DNA of 63,059 bases, counting the filler, from Choristocarpus tenellus KU-1152 (Eukaryota > Protista > Phaeophyceae): assembly GCA_964200185.2 (NCBI GenBank). It is 14 parts of 14 records of this genome, joined end to end, with 100 filler letters (N's around TTAATTAATTAA, not from the genome) between each part and the next. Parts side by side here need not be neighbours in the genome. Positions count along the whole stretch, not along the records: positions 27,166 to 29,853 come from CAXNAD020025643.1; positions 29,954 to 34,169 come from CAXNAD020015639.1; positions 34,270 to 37,255 come from CAXNAD020023136.1; positions 37,356 to 39,950 come from CAXNAD020026435.1; 10 more parts are not named here. One strand, written 5' to 3'. A model generated the notes under the pieces. The model worked only from the letters and a program-made list of their open reading frames with translations. It searched no databases and had not been told where the DNA came from. The translations under genes were made by a program, and so were the position numbers. Below, piece by piece: positions 27,300 to 40,050 of the stretch. Each line of letters starts with the position of its first letter. The stretch's first letter is position 1.

Positions 27300-29661
27300 C
27301 TGTGTGATGGTGCCCCAAAAGAGTTTAATCCTTGCTCCAGTGGCCATCTTCCTCCCCGCAATATTGAAGCACAACGAATTAACACCCTTGAGGGCACTGT
27401 TCACTGCAGACAGAATCACATAAAGCACCAGAGAGTGCTGAAACGCTCCGGCATCTGCCAACACCACACTACAGAGACAGTAGGGAAAGAGAGGGGTCTC
27501 GGCGTTCAAGAAGGTGTCTGCTACACACACGGCGCATCCGTCAAAGGGGACTTTCAGAGAGAACCGTTTCATAAGGAAAAAATAAAAATAAATCTATTCT
27601 AGTACTGCCACACAAAGGGGGACTTTGAAAATTGTTTAATACTTGGTTCCAAAAAAAAAAAAGTACAAGAAAAGAAGAAAAGTAAAAAGTCTTTTGTACC
27701 GTTAGAGCCGATTTTGGAAAATTCGGAAACCGACTCTATTGAAATTCCAGAAGATAAAGATACCATTTCAAATTCAATAGAAGTAGAATCGAAAGACCAT
27801 TTGTTTATTTTTTATTGGCCAATAACAGGCCTGTACTACTTACCTACACGGTGTGGTACTCTCCCAATATATATTTTTTATTTGTTTGCGTAACTTGAAC
27901 TAGACGATGCACAAGGTACATATATATATATATATTTTAATATTTATTAAAAAAAAAAGTGCAAGGATTAAAAAAAATAAATTGTACTGCAGAAAAAAAA
28001 AAGTTTTTGTGTCTAACACAGGTCACGAACAACGGTGGCAATAAGAATAAAAAATAAAAAATAAATTATACTGTATTACTGTGCATGTAATGCCAACATT
28101 CTCACATCAAGCACATGTTTGTGTGATACATAGGTCATGTCAGGTCCCGACTAAATTCGATCTTACTTGTACCAATGTGAATTCCCATCAATCGATTGGG
28201 GGAGCAAATGGCAAACCAAAAGAAAAAGAAAAGAGGTAAAAAGGAAATCATACTAAAAAGAAAAAAAGAAAAGAGTTGGGGGGCTTTCAATCCCAACACG
28301 AGTAGCGTAAACAATATCTATAATAATAACAATAATAATAAAAAGGCCATACTATGTACTACACTGTTTTTAAAATGCAAGGAACTTGTAATAAATTAAA
28401 AAACAAAAGAGGGTAGGGTCTCATCCCCTGAACTCAAGTGGTTACATAACTAGGAATAAGAATAATTAAAAAGAAAAAAAGGGTGTGGCAAAGGATGTCC
28501 TGCGGTGGTGGACAATACTCTTTTTTCATGTGGAACAAGCGTTTCCCCCTGCTGGTGCTACAAGAGGGGAAACTTGTCTTGACCGTGGTACTTTTGGTAT
28601 TTAAAAAAAATATATATATATTTTTCTAAATCAGCAAAAACAAGCATCGCAACAATTAGAAAAACCCTCAATCCCCAAACACCCCATCTTCGAGATGGAT
28701 GGGGCCACAACCCAAATAATGCCTTTTTGGAGATCAAAATATTAAAAAAAAAACCCAGTACAATGCAAGCGCTTCAACGCTAACGCACAACTTCCGAAAA
28801 ACCAATAAAGAAAAAAAACTTCCGAAATCTATCGAAAAGAAAAACTCTATGAAGATGAAATTCAAGGCTCAATTTACACAACTGTAGAGAATTCTGAGAA
28901 ATTTCTACTGTTATTAGCACCACAACACAGAAAATGTATATATATATATAAATATAAATAAAAAATGTATTTTTGACTTCCTCCCGTGAGGGAAGATTTT
29001 TTTTAGACCAACAACACATAACATTGCCTGTGGAAACGTTATTACCTTGCCACACCAGCACTATATGTGTGGTAGATATACTGTGGGGGGTCGGAAGCTC
29101 CCGTCAAGCCCATTTTTTCCATAAAAAAATCCAACAGCTACCCAACTGTATATTTTTGTATTAAAAAAAATCCTCTTTTTTGTATTTTCGACAAAAGAGG
29201 ACATCATCTCAACTGTAGGGAGAACTACACCAACACAACTTAACACACATACGCCAACAGTCTTACAAAAAAAAAAAACACTTCCCACTTGTTCCAAATG
29301 CCTTATTGATAAATATCAAATATCTCTGATCTTGTGGCAACAGATGCATTTCATGTGTGTGTCCCATATGAAAGAAACTTGACCATTTGATCAAGTACAA
29401 CGGCATCAACGAGCACACACAGACACAGACACACACACATACACACAGACACACACAATCACACCTGTCAAGAATCTTCCCCTGAAAGTTAGGCATTGCG
29501 ATGTTAGCACTGTTGGATACACCCAGGCACAGAAACGCCACAGAGAAGAAAGGCCAGTGTGGGCGGGCCAGGGAGATTGCCCGGTTGAAGTAGGAGGTTG
29601 TTGATAGGTCTGATTCAACACGTATTCCTTTATCTCCTCGCAGAGCACCTTCCCGATTATT
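27300..29661 (-). CDS. ABCB (TAP/ABCB9/ABCB10-like) transporter, transmembrane region; partial, exons 29661-29465 and 27468-27300
   Basis: RAISLARPHWPFFSVAFLCLGVSNSANIAMPNFQGKILD|SVVL...LCFNIAGRKMATGARIKLFWGTITQ matches the ABCB TMD start (LA.P ... P...G.IID ... F..AG.+....R..LF..I..Q). Phase-2 junction AG|T is consistent. Confidence 0.82.
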
Positions 29662-30091
29662 CTTTGGTGATGGGATGGGATGGGGATGGGACCAGAGCAA
29701 GGGATGGTGAATTAACAAAGGCTGTCGACCTTCAAGAAAGGGCAGGGAGTGTCTGGGGAGAGAGTGTGTGTGTGTGGGGGGGGGGGAGGGATGCGGCTGC
29801 TGGGAGCAACAGGGGTTAGGTCTGTATCAAAAGAGAAGAGTGTTTCATGGAGANNNNNNNNNNNNNNNNNNNNNNNNNNNNNNNNNNNNNNNNNNNNTTA
29901 ATTAATTAANNNNNNNNNNNNNNNNNNNNNNNNNNNNNNNNNNNNNNNNNNNNCCCCACCTTCCCCTACCGTGCTGTTGATCTCCCTGCCCTAACCCTGA
30001 ACGACCAACCCGACACCATTGTTGGTATCGCCGTGTGTTCTGATCTTTTTTTCTTTTTTTTTTGGTGTTCTGGCAACGCGGTCACTGCCAG

Positions 30092-30828
30092 GGAGGCGAT
30101 TTGCTGATAGTCAACGGGGACTTGAGGGGATTTGTAAGGGTCACTTGCGTTATCGTGGAAAAGGTGCGTGTTGTGGAGCAATCGGTACCATCGCGGGATG
30201 GTCTGGCACGGTCTTTGCAGTGGTACCTACCATTGCTCTACCGCTGCTACCACGAGCGTGTTCAAAAATAAAAATATGCAGTGGTGGCAAGTGATAATCT
30301 TGGTAGGTAGGTGTGATAAGAGATATGGTAGTAACGCCTACCTATCCTGTACTTACACATCTCCATCGGCTTTTTTTTTACCTTTCTGTTTTTATTGCAT
30401 CGCTCCAGACTTGAGAGTCACATGTAAGGTCCCGTGATGGTCCCGTGATGGTCCCGTGATGAGTACGGTACGTATTCGCCTACCTACCCACACCTGCCAC
30501 TGTTGTGACCAACTGTGTCTTCCATTGTCAGTCCTATCCATATCCCTGGCCCTGACCCATCATCACCTCAATAGGGCCTGCCTCCAAAGGACCTATTTTA
30601 TTTTTTGATAGGAGTCGATTCCCTTCGACGCTACCTGTGACTACAAAGTGATGGTGACCGCTTTTATATCTATATATATATAGATATGCTCACATGTATG
30701 TACTGGGTTTTCGTGGTTGTAATGTCTGGCCTGTGCAGGGAGGATCTCTGAAGGGCGACATAGCTTGTGAAGCGGCACTCATCAACGGGAAATTCGAGGG
30801 AGATCTCAACTCCACCCGAGTCCTTCAG
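30092..30828 (+). CDS. Bactofilin (polymer-forming cytoskeletal) domain protein; partial, exons 30092-30163 and 30739-30828
   Basis: Spliced peptide GGDLLIVNGDLRGFVRVTCVIVEK|GGSLKGDIACEAALINGKFEGDLNSTRVLQ shows the bactofilin beta-helix periodicity (L.I.G...G.V....L.I...G.V.GDI.....I.G.V.G.I). Both exons are bounded by cag/gt in phase 0. Confidence 0.82.
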
Positions 30829-32496
30829 GTGAAAGGCCCTTTCCTTTTTTGACTTGACCTATGTATAAGCACAGGACCAAAAAAAAAAAACTTTGTCCCT
30901 GGAGATTTTTGTTTTGTTTTGTTGATGTTTGGACTCTCTTTCTTCTCCCCCTCTACCCCTCGAAATAAATGACCCGAAGAGAACAAGTTTCATTTCTCTT
31001 TTTTTTACACTATGTAGTGAACAAACTGTTGGTGTAGACGGATGCGCAAATCTGACGACCTTGAAAAATATATATATATTTTTTTTTTCGGAAAAGGAAA
31101 AAAAATCCAACTAGACTCTGGTGAACCAACACAGGCAGCATTATGGGCATTTTGAAGTTTACCGTGGTGTAAACTGTCTCGAGGTGCAGTGATTCTGACT
31201 CGCCGGGGGCGTAACCGTCCCCATTGGTGACACGCCACATTGGTTATAGCAAACCCCCTAATGGTGGCAAACAAGGCTGGTAAAGCAACTGTGCCCTGAA
31301 GTGTTTTTTTTTTTCAGTCAGGCTACATCAATACCATTTTTTTTTGTATTTTTTTGTAATTATTTCTCTATTTTTATGTATATTTGGAACTGTACTGAGA
31401 GGGTGATATTTATATGTGTGTGTGTGTGTGTGTGTGTGTACCTACTCAGCAATGGGGGTGGGAAACATACCCAATAACTGATAAGACCCCAATTATGTAT
31501 ACTTCATGCCTAGCAGGAAAGAGACATCGATTTTTGCACAATCCTCCTGGTAAGGTGTGGATTCCTTTGATGGAATCGAGCACCGAACTGGATTTGTTCC
31601 AATATCAATAGGGGCAGCTGGTTTCGTTCCGACCCTTTTCTTTTTTCTTTTAATTTTTTTCTTTCAATTTTGAACAGTAGTTGTATAGAGAGGCAAGGCA
31701 GGCAGGCAGGTAAGGCAGGCAGGCAGGCCCTTGAAAACAGAAAAGGCACATATGTCATTTTTTTGTATTTTTTGGCATCTTTTTTTCTTTCGGTGGAGTC
31801 GAAAAAAAAAAATTGAAGAGGAAGTTTGGTTTTCTCCTCTTGAGAAAGGATGAGCTGGGAAAAGTGAGGGCACACACCTCTTTTTGCTTAAAAATAAATA
31901 AATACATACATATATTTTTTTTTTTTTTTTTAATAATAAATAGAATGTACTTTACCGAAATGTTCGATCGTAGAACATCATTTTTTTTTTTTTGAAGTTG
32001 AAAAAAAAAGACGTTCTTGGAATCCACTCCATTTGATTTCTTACGAATCGATCAAGTCGTGGCGTTTTGATCCTCCGACCCCTGTTTTCGCACATCAGAC
32101 TTTTGAATTAAAAAATGAATAAATTTGTCCCGTGGCATCCCGTTGACTCGAATATTACGATGCGATCTCTTGTACATAATAAATAAATTGTATACGGAAC
32201 ATTCCTTTTTACTCTTCACGGTTTGATTGAATGTGCTGGTGCAAGCAGACTCGAGAACGCCTCCGGCATACATATACTGAAGTATCTGAGTGTTCAACCA
32301 AACCTTTTTGTTGTGGTATTGCCCGGGGGGTGGTGGTGGTGGTGGTGGTGGTGGTATTCTGCAGGCACCCTGAAGTGTTTTTTTTACCAAGAGCTATCCT
32401 ATCCTCTCAGTTGATTCTGTAAATATATCGACACCTCACGGATCATGATTGTTGCACACGTGGCAATTGCCAAAAGTAGGCAGGCGTTGTATAGAC

Positions 32497-32534
<38 letters not shown>

Positions 32535-33569
32535 GCTCCATCTCCAACCTTAACCCGGTATCACACAGTATCAACTTTTCTAGGAGAAAAAAAAAAGTGG
32601 TGGTATGTGTGGAATTCATTATACCGCTCAAGGGTAAGTGCGCAGTGCCATACCCGATCAGCTGAGAAGTAAGTGCTTATCTCTCAAAAGAAAGTCCCAC
32701 GGTATATATATATATATATATATATATATTTTCCCAGATTTGACTGCAAACTCCCCGCCCTGTGCAAAAAAAAAGATACTTCTATGTATTAATTGATCTT
32801 TTTTGAATACAGATTGTTGTTCCGTAATACTGAGCATGATGTGGTGGCGTTTTTTTTTTTCCCCTGGGTTGCATGTTGAAGTTGATCTTCTGGTGTAGGG
32901 GCAGCCAGTTGTTTTTGGTAAGGACTGGATGTCTCCATTGGTCTACACTAGTGTGGACCAAATGTTGTATGATCGGTTGATGTGGACCTCTGTTTTGTCT
33001 AATCTGGTAGAGGAGAAGTTGATTGATATTGGCTGTATTGCAGAGTAGTTGTTGTCCCTAGGTAGTTGATGGTAAGGATTAAAAAAAAATAGCATGATTG
33101 ATCACTCCCGAAGATTTAAGAAAATAATCTCATTTGGTACTATAATGTGGCTGGCTCTCAGTGTTGTTATGTTGATGGGTAGGGTAAGGAAGGGGAGACG
33201 GGGGATTGATTGGGTGAGTTATTTTAGGGAGTTTTTGTTCGTTTGCTGACTGAGAGAGGGAGAGTCCATTTGAATTTGACAAAAAGAAACTGTTTTTATT
33301 TACGTTGACAAATCCTATCTGGGTTCAATTTGTTTTTTGCTGTAGATTCTTTTTGCAGGGGGAAGGTGGGGTGGGTTGGGGGGGGGGGATTGTTTTTTAC
33401 ATGTAGGGTGTTTCTTAGTGGGTGTTGGATGTGCCCTTTTTAAATATATACATACTTCAATGTGACAGCTCTCTGGTGACTGGCATAATAAAGCAGATAG
33501 CCTAGAGCAGAGTAATTAAGTACCCCTCACAGCCCATTACGTTACTCCATATGTCGCACATTGCATTAT

Positions 33570-33992
33570 GCGTAAGTCAGATGAACTTTTTTTTTTCAAT
33601 TATTCAGAGCATGAAAAAAAGAAACACTCGGGTGAGAGCTGAACATGATACAAAATACTTAAGTCAGATTAACCTTTTCTTTCAACTTTTCATAATATGA
33701 AAAAAGAAACACTGAGGCGAGAGTTGAACCTGATACAAAATACGTAAGCCAGATTAACCTTTTCTTTCAGGTTTTCATAATATGAAAAAAAGAAACACTG
33801 AGGCGAGAGTTGAACCTGATACAAAATACGTAAGCCAGATTAACCTTTTCTTTCAGGTTTTTATAATATGAAAAAAAGAAACACTGCGGCGAGAGTTGAA
33901 CCTGATATAAAATACGTGAGTCGGATGAACTTTTTTTAAGTTTTCATAACATGAAAAAAAGAAACACTCGGACGAGAGTTGAACCTGATATA
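33570..33992. repeat. ~85-bp tandem repeat (5 copies)
   Basis: CGTAAGYCAGATTAACC...ATGAAAAAAAGAAACACTGAGGCGAGAGTTGAACCTGATACAAAATA units. Confidence 0.92.
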
Positions 33993-34269
33993 AAGAAACA
34001 AAAAGATACGTAACAACTCGAGCGCGTTCTCTTTTACTCCAAATTCAAAGTTTAGTGTGCTTACTGTTTGATATAAACGAGATCATCCAGACTCAAATCA
34101 TTTGACAAGGTCTTCCCCTCACCCCTCCCCCCCCTGCCCCCCCCCCCCCCCCCCACACCCCCCCACCCCNNNNNNNNNNNNNNNNNNNNNNNNNNNNNNN
34201 NNNNNNNNNNNNNTTAATTAATTAANNNNNNNNNNNNNNNNNNNNNNNNNNNNNNNNNNNNNNNNNNNN

Positions 34270-37255
34270 ATGCAGTCCACAAGCCTCCCCCTATGCAATG
34301 CTGTCTCAAACGAAGTTGTCGGTGCTGATGACCTGCGTATGTGTCCGCCCCCTAACCGGAGGCGTAGACTCCTGGTTGCAAGACTGACCTTCCTTGACCT
34401 TGAGGTTGAGAGTGACGACTGCCTGCCACCCTCTCTCAGCCTGTGCTTCCTCCCTCCTGCCCCTCCCTGCAAACACCCCACATTGTTTGCGTCAGCAAAA
34501 GCAAAGGTTGCTGGGAGTGTTTCAAGTGTCTTCAGACCATAGTGTATGTGGACGGCTCTGGCGGCCAGGGCCATGAGTGTGGGTGGTGTTTCCCGGACAG
34601 TGTACCTCCAAACATCAGAGTACTTGCCATGGCCTGATGCCCTATGAAAAGATAAGGGGCGTTGGGAGAGGAGGCTGTTAGATTTAGGGTTGGGGATATG
34701 ATACACAAGAGGATATGCTGAATGACCAACAGACCAGAGCTACAAGGAGACCAAACATACAAGAACAACCTCTATGTACAGACTAATCTCTCTCACCCCA
34801 GTCCTCCAATCCCCTCAACCAATATGCTGTAGCAATATCAGGTCAACCTATCTTGGGGCGATAAAAAAATATATACTACCCCAAATCCTGAATGGTACGC
34901 CCGGTCTGCTCACCCGCCAAACAAGAAGAGAGATCCCTTGTGAAAAGTTGATGCATGGAAAGAGCGTGCCCCAGGGAGGGTATCGTCTTCTTCCTCCACA
35001 CTACCCCAGATCTTTCTTTCCAGATCAAGTTGGTATAATATGCTGGGGCAGCACCTGGAGTTGTAAGCAGTGCAGATGGGGTAGGGAAGGAGGGAATTCA
35101 ATTTGCCAGGGCATTGGTGAGAGCTGGAAGGGGGGGGGCAGAGGCAGATCTGCAGAGGGAGTGAGACAGATTGGGAAACGGGTGAGAACTGTGGAGCTGT
35201 GTCTACTGGCAGGGGGTGCCATAGGGTGAAAAACTGCAAATCTAAAAAAAATGTTATGGGATGGGAACAGAGTGTGGTTTTCTTCTTTCAACGCATTTAA
35301 TGTGTCTATAAGGTAATACTTCTGCCAGTAAGGAGAACATGGGGGTTATCTGTTTGTGCCTTTCACATACCACTGTAGGACAAAGGGGTGTGTCATCATC
35401 ATCACAGAACAATCAACCAGATGTACAAGCCGGATAGGTTCCTTGTAAGCACAGCTAATGGATTAACCTGACTTGTATTGTGTCAGGCAGAATTGGCAAT
35501 CAATAAAGTGACTGAATTTTTAGGTCATAGGTGGCATTTGAACATGATGTCTACTCCTTTATGTGTGAAGGCCTCGAGAACACTGTACTAAATTGAGTTT
35601 GGCGCAATATCCCAACCAAGCACATACAACCGCAAAGCACAACACAAGGCACTTGCTTTTGTACGATGGGTTCACTAAACAAGGATAAAATAAGTATCAG
35701 TTGACTGTGTAGCAGGGGGAACTATGAAAAAAAAACGCCTATCGACTCTGTGGTAGTAGAGATGTAGAGGTACAATGATGCTGCACATTTCTCTCTTAAT
35801 AGACCATAACCATAGAACAACTGTCTGTAGTGTAGCAGATGGTGTGGTGTACGCAACAACAAAACAAACTGGTAGCTGCTAGGGGGAGAGGGGGGGAATA
35901 GGGAGATTTTATATCAGTACTGTCCAACATTGAGTGACGAACTATCAAGGGTCAAACCAATCACACAAAGCTGTGTAAGTTGTAATCCAACGAGCGCACC
36001 TCAGTTCCGCTGTGAATCCCCCGAAGACATAAATATTACCTGTCTCCTCATCTACTCCACAACTGTGTGCCACCCGTGCTTGTGGTATGTCTCCTGTTGT
36101 GACCACACTCTCCCACCTGTGCGACTCAAGGTCCAGCAGGAACATGTCGATGTGCATACCTTGGGGACGAAAGGATCCTCCCCCAACGATGTACATGCTC
36201 CCTCCCAGAATAAACGCCTGGTGCTTGTATCTGGGGGAAGGAACTCGGCCACTGGTAGCCACCTTGTGACATTGGTTCGTTGCCGGAAGATACTCAAGGG
36301 TATCGTCCCTGTACTCGAGACCGGTGGAGCCCCCAAAGTAGAGGAGTCTTCCCTTTCTCTCATCCACACAGACTGTCTGTAGTGGGCAGGGTAAGGTACA
36401 GAGGGAGAGGGGGGCGTTAAGTTGTGTTTATCTCGTTGATAATCAATCGCACATGCCCTCGCACTGGAGAGGCATCGTACATATTAGCCCCTCTCACTTG
36501 TCCGCAGAGCTTGAATGGCAAACCCTCCTCGTCCGCCAGCCGCTTGCGCCACAACCGGGTCCGCAAGTCGAACTCGAGAAGATTGCCACGCAGGGCGTCT
36601 GGATTTTGACCGGCACCCCCAGAAAGATAAAGCTTATCATCATAGATTGCCATCGCAGCAGAACGCCTACCTTCTGGCCAAAGCTCGCCCCTTTCAAACT
36701 GCAAACCAGAAGAAACGAAGTTGAAGTGGAGGAAGCATGATGAAATGGCAGCAATACAGGACTTCGACAATAGTGCATGTAAACCACCCCTACCCCTTGT
36801 GCTCACCTCGAAATTCTGTGCAGCATCGTGACAAGGCTTGAAACACTACAGCGAGCGAAGCAATAACAAGCATGGTGTCATGGACCAACCCAACATGCTT
36901 CTTCGGGATTCGGGTTTCACGCATCGATTGTCATGCAGCAACACTTCCCGAAAAACTCCTTGCACAGGAGAGACATCAAGCTTCGACGCTAGCTTATCAG
37001 GATGTATAAATCTCCTCTTCAACCACTTACCGTTCTCGGAATCCTCGACCATTGCAGGGTGTTGATGTCGTACTCGTATAGATCGTCAAGTACGACATCA
37101 TCGCCTGTAGTGTTTAGATCGAACTCTCCCCTCCCACAGCCCCCAAACATCCACAATAGTCCACTTTGTTTCTTAGCACAAAGGGCATGCCCACTTCTTG
37201 GTGCAGGTGAGGTCGTATCTCTGCCAGACTGCACGGCCCCCCCTCGGCAACTTGC
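34270..37255 (-). CDS. KLHDC10: Kelch-repeat protein, KLHDC10-like; partial, exons 37255-37031, 36698-36498, 36376-36000, 35054-34914 and 34641-34270
   Basis: Six kelch blades (PAPRSGH..WMFGG, PEGRRSA..LSGG, CGQ..YFGGSTG, PSPRYKH..IVGG, PQARVAHS..VFGG, PGARSFHA..LFGG), then PPTLMALAARAV (BC-box-like). All four junctions are phase-compatible. The kelch call is secure; the orthology is inferred. Confidence 0.8.
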
Positions 37256-37355
37256 NNNNNNNNNNNNNNNNNNNNNNNNNNNNNNNNNNNNNNNNNNNNT
37301 TAATTAATTAANNNNNNNNNNNNNNNNNNNNNNNNNNNNNNNNNNNNNNNNNNNN

Positions 37356-37702
37356 GGTATCTTTAGAGGGTAGAGTCGCATCCGTTTTGGGGGGGTGGGG
37401 GGGGGGGGGGGGGATCAAAGCCCGATGTCGCGATTTGGATTTAATCTTAATTTTAATTTTGGCTATCGTGCGTGTTTGTTTTTTTATTAATTTAATTTTG
37501 GGAAGTGTCAGTATCCTTGTTCCGAACACACCTCTTTCATAACGTGAATATTTTACCTACTCTGAAAATGTTTCGGAGTAGGTAAAACGTCATTTTTTTA
37601 ATATATTTTTTTAAACGCGGGAAGCCAAGCCCCGAATTAATTTATCGGACAAACAGGGCAGAACCCTAACCCTAACCCTAACCCTCTAAGATACATTCAC
37701 TC
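37356..37702 (+). mobile_element. MITE family C, left end clipped, with internal (CCCTAA)n
   Basis: GTATCTTTAGAGGGTAGAG ... (CCCTAA)3CCCTCTAAGATACATTCACTC; the interior matches 26024-26283. Confidence 0.85.
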
Positions 37703-38188
37703 ACGTATCTGTAGATGAGTCAACTGAGTGGTGACCCGACCTGTGAATCCTTACCAGACTGTCGCAGCATCTCGTATTGCTACAAGACAAGAGCAGAGTG
37801 CTAATAATCCATCCACACCCGTGAGCAGGGTTAGGGTTAGGGTTACACTTTCTCTTCTTTTTCCCTAGACTTGTGTTTGCTTGTGCTTGTGGGGCAACTC
37901 CCCTAAACTTTGGTACCTCTCCTGGCTCCATGGCTCACTCCATGGCAACCCTCCTGACTCCGTGGCAACCCTCCATACACAATTATTTTTGCCCTCACTC
38001 TTACACTCCTTCTGTATGTTTATGTAACCTCCCTCTGCTCAGGCTGGCTGACAGGGTTTGGGTTAGGTTTGGTCTTTTTTTTGCAATTGTAAGGATGTCA
38101 GTTTCAACTATGCACTACGAGTCATCTAGCGTCTGTACTGCAGTACTGGTGACTTATATTTTCCACCCTTTTCCATTTCATTGGACAG

Positions 38189-38507
38189 GCGATGGTAACT
38201 CAGCCTTGGATGATGCCACCGTCGACAGTGGTTTCAGCACTGCCTTCCACATCCATGGGAAACCCTCACCAACATCTCGTGGGTGTGCTGGGGCAGGGAG
38301 GTATGCAGCTCAGGGGAGCGGGGGTGGTTAGTGGAGGGGTTGCACAGCAGGCTAGACATATTCCTGTGCAGGGAAGTAATGCCATTGGGCAGGGGGGAAA
38401 CCCTGGACAAGGGAATGCTGAGCAGAGGATTAATACTTTGCCTACCTCAGGGGGACCTTCTCAAGGGTCCAACACAGGACTAGCTCTGAGGCAGCAAACT
38501 CAAGCAG
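38189..38507 (+). CDS. Probable exon of an unknown Gly/Gln-rich protein
   Basis: Pyrimidine tract plus cag acceptor, open frame AMVTQPWMMPP...QQTQA, gt donor; GC-richer than its flanks. Confidence 0.5.
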
Positions 38508-38979
38508 GTGGGGGAGCGTTAACGTGCTTAGGGCTGTAGATGGAATACGCTCTGAAATTTTAGTCAATTTTTTCATTTTTTTTTGTTATTTATTTTGTGT
38601 ACTGTGTGCTATTTCGAAAAAAAAAAAAAACTAAAATATATGTAGATATATGTTCGTATGTCAGAAACCCTTACGGTGTGGTATAAATATTTTTCTTTTG
38701 TTCTAAACAGTTTTCGCTTCACCTTGGATGGCGCACGTGATCTTTTGTGCTTTGAAATATAGTGCGTGTTGAATTTGACTGCATTCCTGCTGCAGAATAC
38801 AAGATTTTTTTATTTATTAGTACTGTTTTACTGTTCCTTTGCAACCCTAAAACTAGTCTTTTTTTCTTTTTAGTTTTTGGGATACGTATTGGGTGCACCC
38901 GTAGAGCACTTAGGAGTGGTACTGGGTTTTATTGGCTGTTCAAATTTAATTTTACAAGTGCTTGCAAAGTGGTTCAACG

Positions 38980-39116
38980 GTGTGTGTGTGTGTGTGCATT
39001 TATTGACAATATTTAACTTTGTTGTGGTAGCATCAAGCGTCAGAGCTGTGTGTGTGTGTGTGTGCATTTATTGACAATATTTAACTTTGTTGTGGTAGCA
39101 TCAAGCGTCAGAGCTG
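38980..39116. repeat. 68-bp tandem duplication anchored on (TG)n
   Basis: (TG)nCATTTATTGACAATATTTAAC...CAGAGCT present twice. Confidence 0.9.
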
Positions 39117-40050
39117 GGTGGGTGGGAAGACTAAAATAAAAATGATATATTTGCACGTATATATATATATATATATTATTTTTTTTCTCACAGCTTTTTT
39201 ATAGCATAGAAAAGAGATCTCCATTTTTGGGGCAGTGGAAAGGCTTCAGTGTTGTTGGGAGCATGGGTGTTAGTAGATGTTTTCTGGCGCTATTTGGAGG
39301 GCAAGAGGTTGGACTTGTGTTCTTATTCAACATCATAACATCATTATCCCTACACAACATGTTATCGGTGTAATGTGAGTTGTTCTGGCTTCCTGTGATG
39401 TAAATGGACGTGCTGTGAGAATCAGTAGGGGGGGGGGGGGGGGGGGGAAATTTAAGGTGGGTTGGGGGGTTTTTAGGGGGGTTTCTTTTTGAAGTTTTTT
39501 TTTTTTTTTTAATTTTTTTTATTTTTATTATTGATTGCTTCTTTTTATTGTGCTATTGTGTTGAACGTCCCTGAACCAGGAAGGCGTGATTTTCATTGGG
39601 GTTACATAGAATTTATTGTCTGTTTATGTGCTTGGGAGAGGAGTGCATTTTTGTGATATTTGTGGATGCTTGGTTGGGCAATTCCCACGTGTGGGTTGAT
39701 TAAAAGCACCTTGAAGCAGTGCTGTAAAACACAATAAAATACCTATTATAGAGTCCTGTTGTTTTGCTGGGGTGTTTTACTGTGATTTAAGGTTAAGGTT
39801 AGAGCTACTACTGTAACAGGACTATAGAGGAGAAATGTCCACAATCTAACAATGGACTAAGGCACCTATTTTGAAGCGAATTTTGTTTAAATAGTTGCCT
39901 TGGGAATCTTGCTGTCACACCACTTGCCCCCCCCCCCCCCTCCCCCCCCCNNNNNNNNNNNNNNNNNNNNNNNNNNNNNNNNNNNNNNNNNNNNTTAATT
40001 AATTAANNNNNNNNNNNNNNNNNNNNNNNNNNNNNNNNNNNNNNNNNNNN

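Noticed and set aside
33570-33992. Possible CRISPR-like array (also 17763-17855 and 18521-18647)
   Set aside because: Whole units repeat with no unique spacers, there are no cas genes, and the context is eukaryotic.
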